Source: Hyphochytrium catenoides (Eukaryota > Protista > Hyphochytriomycota). Taken from it: a stretch of DNA of 64,000 bases. Under the pieces are notes generated by a model. The model ran no database searches. It saw nothing but the letters and a program-made list of their open reading frames with translations, and had not been told where the DNA came from. The stretch covers positions 1-64,000 of the forward strand of contig FLMG01001674.1 of the NCBI GenBank assembly GCA_900088475.1, read 5' to 3'. The position numbers and the translations under genes are program-made. Shown here one piece after another: positions 40,098 to 51,630 of this stretch (positions are counted from its first letter, which is position 1; each line of letters begins with the position of its first letter).

Positions 40098-41090
40098 TCG
40101 TTAAAACAACTCGTGAAGCTTCAGAGTGATCGCTCTGCTCTTGAGGCCTGGTCCTCTTAGTCATTGCTCTCAATTGGCAAAGGCTCTAGCTCTTCCCACC
40201 AGAATCTCTTTCGCGTTCCATGAAGAGAATGCGCTACAGATTCTGAAGCGCATTCCTCTTCAGCAGTTGGACGCCGCTGTTGCTTGCCTGATCGATTGTG
40301 ATGAAGGTCTTGCGCTACGTCTTCTTCTTCTCCTCGTCCGTTCCTATCGCTATTGCTGATGGTTCAACTTTGATTTTTCTTCCTTTCCCAATAACGATGG
40401 TGGTGGAGGAGAGCGCGTTGATGACTCCAGGACTTTGTAGCACTTGGCTCTTCTTCATTTTCTTCTTCTTTTTCTGCTTCCTTTTCCTCATCCCACTCTC
40501 CTTCTACCTCTTCTTGGGGTGGTATTGGTTGAACATAGCGAACCCTAAGAAAGCAACCTGAAGTAAAAGTTAAGGTATCTCTTTGTCAAAACAGATATCC
40601 TCATCATCATATTAGCGTGTTTCGGCTTCTGATGTGTCTATCTGAGACTCGCTGCAATCGCGGACTCTTCCTCATGCAGCGGTTCGTGGTGCTGTGTGCT
40701 GCTACTAGGATCCTCAATCGTCGGGAGCAGCCCATCAAGACGAGGAAGAACCTATGAGGCTCGCTGTAAAGACTGTTTGTAGGCCTGCAGCTCGTCCCTT
40801 TAGTTTGGAAAATTTGGGAGGCGCCACGACATGGGTTCTTCGCTTTGCTGTGTGGAAGGGCTCGTTAAGCTTCAAGGCGATGAGTCTTCACTTCCTGTCA
40901 CTTCTTGGAATTAATGGACATCGATGATCTCGTCTTAGGATGGCTTTACGACTTCATCCCACCAGAGTCTCTTTTGCGATCCCATGAAGAGTCCGAATCC
41001 GAAGTGCGCTTCTCTTCGTCGGCAGTAGTAGTTAGACCCTACTCGTGCTTGGCGCGTGGAGGATGATGACGATGGTCTCAGTGCCTTTTC
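40098..41090. repeat. Old diverged direct duplication with a 763-bp offset in degenerate, stop-ridden sequence
   Basis: ctcgttaa...aagcttca at 40098 and 40861; cccaccaga(a/g)tctcttt..gcg..ccatgaagag at 40195 and 40958. Confidence 0.6.
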
Positions 41091-41712
41091 GTCCTTCCTC
41101 CCTTTCCTTTTTTATATGAGTGCTGAGGAAAGCATTTATTATGATGCTTCCTTTGGGATGACGATGACCGTAGAGAAGGAGGAGTTGAAGAGACCAAGAC
41201 GCTGTAGCTCTTGCCCGATCTTCTTTTTCTGCTCCCGAGTCCCCCGTAGTAGATGCTAGCTCATTGTCTCTCTAACCTTTATATAAAGAGCAACATAGCG
41301 CGTCGTCGTCTGATGATAGAGTCACGACGAGAGGCTATAATGGAAGGTGTCATGTTCTGTCACCTATGTTGCTTCTTCATGCCATTTGGACTACCAGCGC
41401 ATAGTCTCTGCAAAACTACTTCTTTTTGAAGGAGGACGTCTTTTTGAAGAAGAAGGACTGAGCACTGGAGGAGAGAGAATGACCAGACTGTCACAAGCGG
41501 CACCACTACACTACGACTGGCCCGTGTTATTGTTGACAATCTCGACCAAAGGAGTAAACGCAAAGTGATGACCAGCATCATACGCCAATCCTACGCCTGT
41601 TTGCTCTTCTGCCGCTGAAGTAGAGTCTACTGATCATCATCACGTTTTGAAGAATACATCTCTGGCCTCCGCTACTAGCTTCGTCGCAGGCAAGCCTTGA
41701 CGTCGCTCACCT

Positions 41713-43188
41713 TCACTCTGCCTCATGATTTTCAGGCTGCGACGCAATGGCTGTCTCTGTGGACCGTACCCTTGACTTGATAATAACACAGTCTTCTGGA
41801 TGACGGAAGCTTGAGTAGACGAGCTTCAGGACCATTAAAAAGATAGTGCAGCCGCGGTTAAGGCAGAAGTCTTTCAGTGCAAAGCTCAATCCCGGATTTG
41901 TTAAGCTCTTGCTGCTGCTCCCGTCTCCCAGTGATGCCGCGTACTCCCTGTCCTCCAACACGAAGCCATGCACGAGGTTCAGGCGATAGGGACGAAAGTT
42001 CTCTCCTAGTTCCACGTAGATAAAGGCAAGGGAAAGTGTGAACGCCACTAAGTTGAAGAGTTGTACATAACGAAGGCGCGGCCTCTCAGTAACGCTGAAG
42101 CTGTCATAGAAGAGGAAGACAGAGCAGAAGCCGCCAAATACTCCGAGACCACTGAGTGCGCTAAAGACTGAATGGCCTAAGAGAACAAAGTAGCTGCAGC
42201 TGAAGACAAACATCTCTCCCATCAGTAGATGGGTTTCATACACAGCTGCACAGCGCTTTACCATGGCCCAGTTCATGAGGGAAGTGAAGGTTAAGCACAG
42301 CCACGACACAGCTATCACAAAGATGCCAGCCAGGGCTCCTCTTAACGCAGAGCTACCTTCATCATCGTCATCCGTGATGTCAAGCCCAAGCTTCGGCCCA
42401 AAGCTCAGGTACAAGCCCGATATCCACGCCAGAGCACTGGTGATCCACATGCCCCACAGGTCAGAACGCCTGTTGCATCTCTTCTTCCACCAGAAGGCAG
42501 CATTACGCCCTAGAAGCCTTTCCATGACGGTGTCGTTGCTCTCCTCCAGCGACAGTTCAGTGTAGGGATAAGTAGCAAACAGAGCTTTGTACTGCTTTCT
42601 CGCTTCTTCCGGCGGCATCCTGCCTCGATGATCGTGAGGCGCCCATGACGCTGGTTGTGCCATTCTCTTACTTCTTCTATGCTTTTGTTGCAAGGCGCGC
42701 CGCTTGACTTGGACCACGCCGACCGTAGTACCTGCAAAGCTGCTGTCTTTCCTCGAGATCGCGCGAGGAACATCTCCTTCTGCAGCAGGGTGGCGAGGAG
42801 CTTTAGAGCTCTTATTGATACCACTGCCGCAGACCGCCAGAGTGGCAATGGCCAAACGTGACTCCGACGGCCGCGAAGAGCTTTCGTTTCCGCAGAGGAG
42901 AGAAGGCGTCAAGTCAGCGTTGCAGCAGCTCTTGATCAGAACAGTGCTGGCTGTGCTCGTAGTAGGGGCAGCGAGAGACAACAGACAAGAAGAGCGCCCG
43001 AGAACGCCCTCAACGGCTGCCGTGACCTCTTCTAAAACCTTTTTGTCACTGTCGTCCAGTTGAGGATTGCCTCTCAGGAGCACACTTAGCCTATGGCATA
43101 GCTGCTTGAGTTCTCTAGAAGACGGCGATAGGCTTGATTGGCCACTGTCAGAGATAGCTGCTTCGCTGCTCCTGCTAACTTTGATCAT
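41713..43188 (-). CDS. Uncharacterised intronless multi-pass membrane protein, paralogue 1 (491 aa)
   Basis: Long ORF with about 6 hydrophobic segments and strong motif conservation with paralogues 2 and 3. Confidence 0.9.
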   Translation of the reverse strand: MIKVSRSSEAAISDSGQSSLSPSSRELKQLCHRLSVLLRGNPQLDDSDKKVLEEVTAAVEGVLGRSSCLLSLAAPTTSTASTVLIKSCCNADLTPSLLCGNESSSRPSESRLAIATLAVCGSGINKSSKAPRHPAAEGDVPRAISRKDSSFAGTTVGVVQVKRRALQQKHRRSKRMAQPASWAPHDHRGRMPPEEARKQYKALFATYPYTELSLEESNDTVMERLLGRNAAFWWKKRCNRRSDLWGMWITSALAWISGLYLSFGPKLGLDITDDDDEGSSALRGALAGIFVIAVSWLCLTFTSLMNWAMVKRCAAVYETHLLMGEMFVFSCSYFVLLGHSVFSALSGLGVFGGFCSVFLFYDSFSVTERPRLRYVQLFNLVAFTLSLAFIYVELGENFRPYRLNLVHGFVLEDREYAASLGDGSSSKSLTNPGLSFALKDFCLNRGCTIFLMVLKLVYSSFRHPEDCVIIKSRVRSTETAIASQPENHEAE

Positions 43189-43972
43189 CTTCGTCCGTTG
43201 CTGACAGGTTAGTGGAGATAAGAGTCCATCGATCTCTCCGTAGATGTTGATGTGGGCTTAGGGCTGGACAATCATCACGCTGTCGAAGACAACCGAGAGA
43301 GAGAAGAAGATTTCAAGCAGTGCGATGATCCTATAACTGAGGGAAGAGGAAGAAGAAGAGAGATGGTGACTCTCCTTGCTCATTACGTTATGGGTCTGGT
43401 ATGCCGGGGCACAACCTGTCAAGATCGTGAACGCCCTACACTTGCCACACTTCCTTCTTCCGCAGCTGCTGGAAGAAACCTCGAGCGCAAAAGAAAGTGA
43501 CCAAGTGACCAATAGAACCTCGCTGTGCAAAGGTAGTAGCAGACTGGCTTGCAAGGACAGCTGAGCTAATCACTCCTGACCAGCAAGAGCCCATGCGGCA
43601 TCGAGAAGGATAGCAGACCAGGAGGAAGTAAGCCAACAAGGAAAGAGACAGCTGGTTGAGGGCGTTTGCTCCAGGCTTAACAGACTTTGGCGCGCGGGGA
43701 GCCAGAAGAAGCGATCTTCTATGATCCTCGCGTCGTGGCGTATTGACTGTTCTATGTAAAGTCATAGAAGAAGAAGAAGATGTCGCGACTACGGAGGAAG
43801 ATAACCGCCACTACTGGGCTCTTCCTCCTCCGTTTGTCTTGCGACTGACTAACGCCGCTTTGTCTCCTCCTGCGTCTCCTTCTCCTTGGTGCCACGACGC
43901 CCAAGTGGCGCCTCTCGGTTTGCCTTTGCTCTCTCTCTCTCTCTCTCTCCCTCCTCTCTTTCTCTCACTCCC

Positions 43973-44009
<37 letters not shown>

Positions 44010-44264
44010 GTCTCTGTCTCTCTCTCTCTTTTATATCCAGCATCGCTTGCCTTCCAAGAGAAGAGCTTGAGCAGAAAAACAGCAGGAAAAGTGGTGACAG
44101 TGATCAATGAGAAGAAAGAGAGACCACGCTGGCCGTCGCTCTGGAGGGATGTAGCAAGAAGAGGGAGAGGGAAGGAGAAAGAGAGAGAGAGAGAGGTGGG
44201 AGGGAGGAGAGAGAGACAGAGAGAGAAAGAAAGAGAGAGAGAGAGACAGAGAGTGAGAGACAGA

Positions 44265-44311
<47 letters not shown>

Positions 44312-45530
44312 GCCTTCTTGCTATCCCTCAACCGCCATTATCCCAGATGTCCGAAGATAAGAAATGTTGACCTGGTAGAGGGCCCCCTCCTTTATAATAA
44401 TGTTAGAAAAAGCCGATAATAATCTGAGTCGAGTGACCCGATTCACTAGATTAGGGATAATCTGATGATGATGAAACTGTTGTCAAACGTGTTGTCGAGG
44501 GGGAACAGAGGTGTGCAGTATAAGTATACCTGCATTACTTGTACTTAGAACGCGTGCTTGCCAGCCCTTACAAGACCTACCATACCACCAAGAACAAACG
44601 AAGCTGGTGCTCCTAGGATTTATACTTGTACTTGTACTTGTCCTTGCGTCCCAAGAGGAGGGAAGCGAGATCGTTCCAGCAGTTTTTCGGTCCGTTACAG
44701 AGGAGTCAGCGCTGTACGTGAGGCCTGCTTGTGATGCACTGAGGCTGAGGCTTCCTTCTGGGCTGAGGATGATGAGCGAGACTGTCAACTCAGGGAGAAC
44801 ACGAGGTGGGCGGTGGCTGCTGTGAGAGGAGAGGAGAGGAGGAGGGCGGCTTTGATGAGCACCACCGTGGGGAGAAGAGCTAGGGGCAGCAGCAGGAGCA
44901 ACAGCTGGTTGGGCTCTCTTCGTACTTCCCATCGATCGTGGTTGAGGGGCCCTTCTTCTTCTTTCTGAGGATGGGGCCCCGTCTACTTCGTCTTCTTCGA
45001 TCTGTGAGGTCAGTTGTCGGTCCTCGTCTTTTCTTCTCATCGACTTGTATGAGGGCAACTATATAGTCAAGAGACAAGAAGAAGGAGAGCAGAACTTAAA
45101 GAGAACGCGGTTGTTCTTCGCCAACAACCTACTAGACAGCTTCACCTCTGATGCACCGTCTGCTGGTGCTCTGCTTACTTAGACATGCAGCATGCTATAC
45201 AAAGAAGTTCGCCCTTTCTCACGTACTACCACGGCCTAGTTCTGGCTGCTCTTAGCCTTCCGTCCACTGTGTAGCAGGCAGCATGTTATCTTGCAGTGCT
45301 ATCGTTCCAAAAGTTGCTGCCTTCAATTTCTGACCGGACAAGTGACGGGCGACTCTAAGCGCTAGGACGACCAGCTGTCAAGCTGTTTCCTGCAAGCGTA
45401 GCGTGTCCGGCAGCAGGCAGCAGGGAGGAGGAGGAGAGCCGGCTGCTTGTTACAAGCGGTGCTTCCTCCTGATAGTGCCAAACAATAGGAGGAATCAAGG
45501 TTCTGGAGTGCACTGTTTTCTCCAAACACG

Positions 45531-46904
45531 ATGATTGCTGCTGCCAAGTGGATGGCAGAAGAGAAGGAGCCAGGTCTAGCACACGGTAGTACTTCCTGTG
45601 TAACATCTTCTTCCTCGTCAAAGTCTCCAGTGACTCAACTTTGTCAGCCTCTCGTCTCCTACCTCTACGGTCCGCGTCCGCCGCTGGATGACACGGCTAA
45701 GAATGCCCTTCGTGAAGTGGAAGCAGCCATAGAGGCCGCTTTAACATGCTCTACTAGTAACTACCCTGGTTCCTCTATTACTCCTGTTCCGATTGGAACA
45801 ACGAATAGCATCACCGCCTCTAGCCGCACTGCAGTGTCTGTACGGCTACAAAGCGCAGAGCAAAGTTCTCTTTCCGATCCTCCCTCACTATGCGACACTC
45901 CTTCCTACGGCTTCAGGGCAGGAGTGGTGAAAGTCAAGCAGTGCAAAGGGCAGGAGCATGGTCGAAGTGAACATGGGCCAGAGCAAAAGACAAGGTCCAA
46001 ACAAGAGAGGCTGTTGCCGCACAAGGCTCTATTTCCCACCTATCCTTACACAGAGCTGTCAGTGGAGGAGAGCAATGATACCGTGATGCATAAGCTACTG
46101 GGACGCAGAGCATGTGAATGGTGGCGGAGGCACAACAGAAAGAACTTTATCAAAGGCTTGTGGATAACCAGTGTCTTTGCCTGGCTTTCAGGCTTCTACT
46201 TGGGCTTCGGCCCGCTGCAGGTTCTTGGAGAGGATACCGTGGATGCGCTGCGAGGGGCGTTAGTAGCTGTGTTTGTTCTTGTGGTGCTCTGGCTCTGGCT
46301 CTCGGTCATTTCACTTATGAACTGGGCCATGGTAAAGCGCTGTGCCGCAGTCTATGATACTCATTTCCTTATGGCTGAGATGTTCTTCTTCAGCTGCAGT
46401 TACTTCATCCTTCTAGAGCATTCAGTACCTAGTGCGCTCACCGCGTGCGGAGTCTTCGGGGGCTTCTGCTGCATCTTTCTCCTCTATGACAGCTTTGGAG
46501 TGGCGGACAGGCCGCGCCTTCGCTATGTCCAGCTCTTTCATATGACAGCCTTCGCCATATTCTTGGTGCTAATCTATACAGAGGCAGGGACACGCGTTCG
46601 TCCATATCGCTTGGAGGTTGCCTCAGGCTTCAAGCTTGTGGAAGAAAGATCGAGAAAGAGCTGTGATAGTAGAAGCAGCTCTGACGGGGATCCGGAGTTA
46701 CTGGTGGCCGATAAGCTGAGCCTGTCGCTGAAGGGTTTCTGCCTTAATCGTGGCTGTACGATTCTTGTGCTGATGATGAAGCTTGTCTATTCAAGCTTTA
46801 AGCATCCTGACGACCTTCTTATCATCAGATCCCGTGTACGGTCGACAGACATAATCCACTCACCACCAGGTGCGTCAGCAGAAGCTTCATATGGGAGAAA
46901 GTAG
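45531..46904 (+). CDS. Uncharacterised intronless multi-pass membrane protein, paralogue 2 (457 aa)
   Basis: Shares TELS.EESNDTVM, SLMNWAMVKRCAAVY, YDSF, RPRLRYVQLF, FCLNRG and KLVYSSF.HP.D..II.SRVRS with the other two. Confidence 0.9.
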   Translation: MIAAAKWMAEEKEPGLAHGSTSCVTSSSSSKSPVTQLCQPLVSYLYGPRPPLDDTAKNALREVEAAIEAALTCSTSNYPGSSITPVPIGTTNSITASSRTAVSVRLQSAEQSSLSDPPSLCDTPSYGFRAGVVKVKQCKGQEHGRSEHGPEQKTRSKQERLLPHKALFPTYPYTELSVEESNDTVMHKLLGRRACEWWRRHNRKNFIKGLWITSVFAWLSGFYLGFGPLQVLGEDTVDALRGALVAVFVLVVLWLWLSVISLMNWAMVKRCAAVYDTHFLMAEMFFFSCSYFILLEHSVPSALTACGVFGGFCCIFLLYDSFGVADRPRLRYVQLFHMTAFAIFLVLIYTEAGTRVRPYRLEVASGFKLVEERSRKSCDSRSSSDGDPELLVADKLSLSLKGFCLNRGCTILVLMMKLVYSSFKHPDDLLIIRSRVRSTDIIHSPPGASAEASYGRK

Positions 46905-47385
46905 CGTAAACTTAACGAGCCACTTCAGCCAGTCCGACAGTGGTGGCCTGTCAAAGGAGTGACAAGAGAGAGGCCAACGAAGTACGAGAGAATTTGGAAA
47001 CATATGAACGGGCTGCGTGCCTGAGCAGCTACGCCATAGCATTGTGACCGGCCGACTGGACGAAGAGCGCACCTCTGCTAGGAGCCGGATCTATTGTTTC
47101 CCTCTGGGGCATAGCGCAATATTTATAGCAGCACAGTCAGATGGCTCCACTAGCCTCTTCTGATGCCGCCTAACTTTATCTGTAACCCTACTTCTTTTCT
47201 CTACCGCCTCTTTGATGGGCCTCTTCTTTGTCATAAGACCGACGAGGGTCCGTGGGCACAATTGGCAAAGGAGAGCCAGGGCAAAAAGAGGAGCACAGCC
47301 ACCAGCAGACTGGACACGTTAGCAGAGTCTATATTATATTTAGTAAGAACACCACCAGATCGGCTGGGATAGAGCAGACTCTTCA

Positions 47386-48846
47386 TCATTCACGTACTGT
47401 TAGTTGGCACAACCTTCTTTTCTCCGGGCCTCTCAGCGATACGGGCTGCAGGTTGTCATCTTTCTTCCCTTCAACTTTCTTGTCGATGGCGTGGCCATTG
47501 TGAACGCTTTCCTTCGCGCTTATCGCTACCTCTACGGACCTGACGCGTGACTTGATGATAAGACAGTCTTCAGGATATCTGAAGCTCGAGTAGACGAGCT
47601 TGACCATCATAAGGAAGATGGTGTATCCGCGGTTGAGACAGAAGTCCTTCATTGACAGGCTAAGCCTCGCGCTGTTTGACGGCCCACAGCTTGTTCTAGT
47701 GCTATCGCCTATACTATCACCATTACTGTTTGGTACACCATCGTAGACTAAGCCATCAAAGAGATCCAACCGATAGGGCTTGAAGCCATCCCCAACTTCG
47801 GCGTATATAAAGGCCAACGGAGCGATGAAACCCACCAGGTTGAATAGTTGAACATAGCGGAGGCGAGGTCTCTCGCTGATGGGAAAGCTGTCATAAAATA
47901 AGAAGACGCAACAGAAGCCCCCAAAGACTCCCAGACAGCCGAGGGCACCAAATAAGGAGTGACCGATGACGATAAAGCAACTGGAGCTGTAGAGAAACAT
48001 CTCCGCCATGAGAAAGTGCGTCTCGTATACCGCGGTGCACCGCTTCACCATAGCCCAATTCATAAGAGACGTGAGACCCAAGCACAGCCAGGAGACGGCC
48101 AGAACAAAGACACAGGCTAGAGGAATACGGAGCAAGCCGCTATTTCCCGCTTCAGCAGGGCCAAAGCTCAAATACATCCCGCTGACCCAAGCCAGAGCGC
48201 TCGTGGCTCCAAGTAAGATGATCTCGTATCTCTTCCTATGGTATCGTCGCCATAAGCGATGGACCTTGGCTCCCAGAAACTTGTGCATGACAGTGTCATT
48301 GCTCTCGTTCAAGGAGAGCTCCGTGCGTCGATAGGTAGGGAAGAGTGTCTTGTACTGCAGTCGTTCGCTCTCTTCACTGTCTGCTTGCGTTGCTAACGAT
48401 GAGTGTATTGTCTTCTTTTGCGCAGCACCACCACGGCGCTTGACCTTGACTTGCCCTGCACTGGAAGAGGGCGGACTTCTATTTACTAAGAATGCTGGCA
48501 AGCACGTTTTTCTGAATCCTTCCCTAGGAGACGTGATGGCTTTAGCGGGCACCGTCTGGTTACAGGCAGTCGTAGGGCTATGAAGCAGAGATAAATCGGC
48601 ACTGAGCCTTACAAAGTTTGGGGAAGGAGAAGGCGGAGACAGTGGTACTACTGGGGCCGATGAGGTTCGTTGAAGTAGGTCATCAATGGCTTCTCTCGTT
48701 TCGTGCAAGATATTGCTGGCGCTATCGTCTACCTGAGGGCTATCCCGAAGAAAGGACAGCAGCGGTTGACAGAGTTGACCCACCCTGATTGACGGCGGAC
48801 AAGCCGAGGAATATTTAAAGTGTTCACTGCCTGGCGTGTGCTGCAT
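47386..48846 (-). CDS. Uncharacterised intronless multi-pass membrane protein, paralogue 3 (486 aa)
   Basis: Same conserved motifs and hydrophobic pattern as paralogues 1 and 2. Confidence 0.9.
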   Translation of the reverse strand: MQHTPGSEHFKYSSACPPSIRVGQLCQPLLSFLRDSPQVDDSASNILHETREAIDDLLQRTSSAPVVPLSPPSPSPNFVRLSADLSLLHSPTTACNQTVPAKAITSPREGFRKTCLPAFLVNRSPPSSSAGQVKVKRRGGAAQKKTIHSSLATQADSEESERLQYKTLFPTYRRTELSLNESNDTVMHKFLGAKVHRLWRRYHRKRYEIILLGATSALAWVSGMYLSFGPAEAGNSGLLRIPLACVFVLAVSWLCLGLTSLMNWAMVKRCTAVYETHFLMAEMFLYSSSCFIVIGHSLFGALGCLGVFGGFCCVFLFYDSFPISERPRLRYVQLFNLVGFIAPLAFIYAEVGDGFKPYRLDLFDGLVYDGVPNSNGDSIGDSTRTSCGPSNSARLSLSMKDFCLNRGYTIFLMMVKLVYSSFRYPEDCLIIKSRVRSVEVAISAKESVHNGHAIDKKVEGKKDDNLQPVSLRGPEKRRLCQLTVRE

Positions 48847-51630
48847 CCTTGTTCACTGGTGGTGAAAGGAGGAGACCCTGACGAGGACTTCGTCTTCCGT
48901 AGTAGAAAAAGATAAAGGCTACTTTTGTGCAGCTCAATCTTCCAGTTGAAGGGCTCGAGGTACTAAGAACAACAAGCTCAGCACCACCACTGACTAGGTG
49001 TCGGTATGACAATTTTCAGCTACAATACTTCGTGCATGACGTTCATTGGAAGAAGGAGAGCGCTTCATAGCCGCAAGAAGGCGGAATGGTCGTAGAAAAC
49101 AAAGCATAACAGGGAAGAGACGAAGACGAGAGAGAGAGAAGAACGCGCTGGGAGGACGGGAGGATGAAGCTAGTTAAGATTTCGTTCCATTGATCATGCC
49201 CTTATGCACGGCGGCGTTGGCCACCCGAGGGGAAAGAAAGGGAAGTGGCAGCTGAAGAGCTGATTGAGAAATACAGAGGAACGGTTCTGCGGCACCAATA
49301 ATGCGCAACAAGATGCAAAAGAGAGTCTGAAAGAGAGAGGAGAGAAGAGGAGAAAAGGAGGGCCCGTGCTACGGCATTTAGTAGAGTCCACTTCTTCCTA
49401 TTCGTGTCTTCTCCTCCTTTCCTCCAACCTCCTCCTCTCCCGGATCATGAGGCTCGCTCTCTCCTCCTGCGCTGTTGGACGGAACGAGTGCTGCTCCTGT
49501 GTGCTGCTGCACCGAAGTGAAGCCTTCTTGTTCATCCCGCGGCCTTCTTTCTTCATCATCCGGCCCCACCTTGTGTCCCCTTCCTTTCCGCAGTGAGTGC
49601 ACTATTCAAGATGTAACGGACGCTTTCCCTGACGTTACCGGCTGTAACTGGTCCTGACAGTAACGGATGTCAGGTAAACTGCCATTTTGTTCCCTCAGTC
49701 AGTCGAGTGACGCCTTCCTTTCGCGTCCTCCTTCGCATCCGCGTTCCTCAGCTTCTGGCCTTCGGCCTGCTGCCAGCAGCCCTGGTGTCTCTTCTTCCCA
49801 ACTCTTGCTAATAGTGCTTGACAGTTCCTATTATTCGCTCTCATTGCTTCCGTTACTCTGGCTCCGGATAACAAAACATCATGCAGCCTTCTATGATGAT
49901 GGATGTTGTCTATCATCTGCTACTGCGTGCGGGCATTGGAGTTGTATCTACACGAAGGACATGACGCCACCGACCGCCTTGCTCTGGAAAAAGGGAAGAT
50001 GGATCTATTAGTCCCTTCCTGTCAAACTGGTGCATCTAGCATGATAATGGCCCCACATGCTGTTGTATTACTTTACTCGTCATCCGAGACATACCACCAA
50101 CAACAACAAGCACGAGCACCACCACCATCTTGGCTGGGGCCAAGTAAGTGTCACCTAGACTGGCGGAAGAGATGACTTGCTACAAGAAATGCTGAAGAAG
50201 AGACAGCTCCTCACTATTATCGGCCACCTACAAAGTGACTGACAACAGAAAAGAAAGGCAATCAGTAAGACGGCAGGAGATGTTTGCCTTACCTCTAACT
50301 ACTCTCGACCACTTTTTTGAACAACATCTTGATAATGACCGATAGATTCCCCCAAAAGGCAGACGATTTATACACTTTGGCCACGACGACCGTCATTCGC
50401 AAACATGTGCTGGCAGCGTCTGGAGATGACGGTGAGGAGGACGACATCTCCTGCTCCCGGTACGGATAATAATGCTGCGGACAGAGAGGGCAACTTAATA
50501 GAGGAAGATCGATGCTCCATCGGCGATCTGCTAAACGGAAGTTTTGCTGACTAAGAAGACAATAAGGCAACAGACAGAGAAAGTTATTAAAAAAAAAACC
50601 TTTAGCGTTCACTGAATAGAGTTCACCGCTCGGCAGGAGGCCACGAAGAAATGCAACCCACTGAGAGAGAGAGAAAGGAAAGGAAGAAGCAACCTCCTCG
50701 AGATAGAAGTAACCCTTGGAGAGAAGTATTATAAAGAAGCACACACAGAAAAAGAGAGATAGAGAGTACTTAAGGAGGAGAGAGAATGGAAGTCTTATTA
50801 GCACTAAAATAAACGGCTGAGGAAACGAGACAACGAGATAATAAGAAAGAGTAGTGAGCAAGGGGAGCCCGAGCTGGTTGTCCAAGACAAAGTGAAAGTG
50901 GAGAGATGGCACTTCTGCTTAAGGTTCATTCTATAAGTAGGCTGTCTGCTTCTGGCTCGTCGCTAGTGATTTGTGCAAAGAAGCATATTAACTACTAAGC
51001 TGGTGTCTAGAACATATCAAAGATTCGTTTTTCGCCGCCTCTTCTTTTGAGGACTGGCTGGTGGGCTGGAGGAGGACAAGTAGTACAGGACTTGTAAATC
51101 ATTGGCGTTGATGGACATCATCATGCTGCTGCTGCTAAGTATTGCTTGTTGTTAGCTACTTTGTTGGTAGACTTCATCTTCCTGCTATTAGTGGTCCATT
51201 AACCATGGTGTTTTATTTCCCCTTCTTGTGGACCTCCTCCTCCTTCTTCTGGTCAATGCTTATTAATTGCTACAAGTACTTCGTGCTATTTTAGTCAGAG
51301 CTGCTTCAGCCACGCTACCATCAGCAGCAGCCATGAGGCTGGGAAAGAAGACTGGACGCGACGATCGATGACGGAGGGAAGAAGAAAGCAGCAGAGAACG
51401 ACGCTGATGCGACGAATGACGACTGCTAAGAAATCAGCTTGCTGTAAGTTTAAACTCCTCCCCTCCTCAGCATCACCTCCGCTGCTTACGATTGACTATC
51501 TGGTTGTGGAGATCTGTTGTGGAGGAGAAGACTCTATGGGGAGGGAAGCTGTGCATTAAGTGGCGGAGATGATGATGATGATCTTACTCTTCAAACGTTC
51601 AGTACGAGTAGCGGTTCGGAGGAGGATGAT

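Noticed and set aside
44483-45058. 191-aa minus-strand ORF between the paralogues
   Set aside because: Low-complexity, non-ATG start and no motif; cannot be supported as a gene.
50295-50912. Hydrophobic 205-aa minus-strand ORF as a fourth membrane paralogue
   Set aside because: It has none of the family motifs and a non-ATG start; its hydrophobicity follows from the purine-rich opposite strand.
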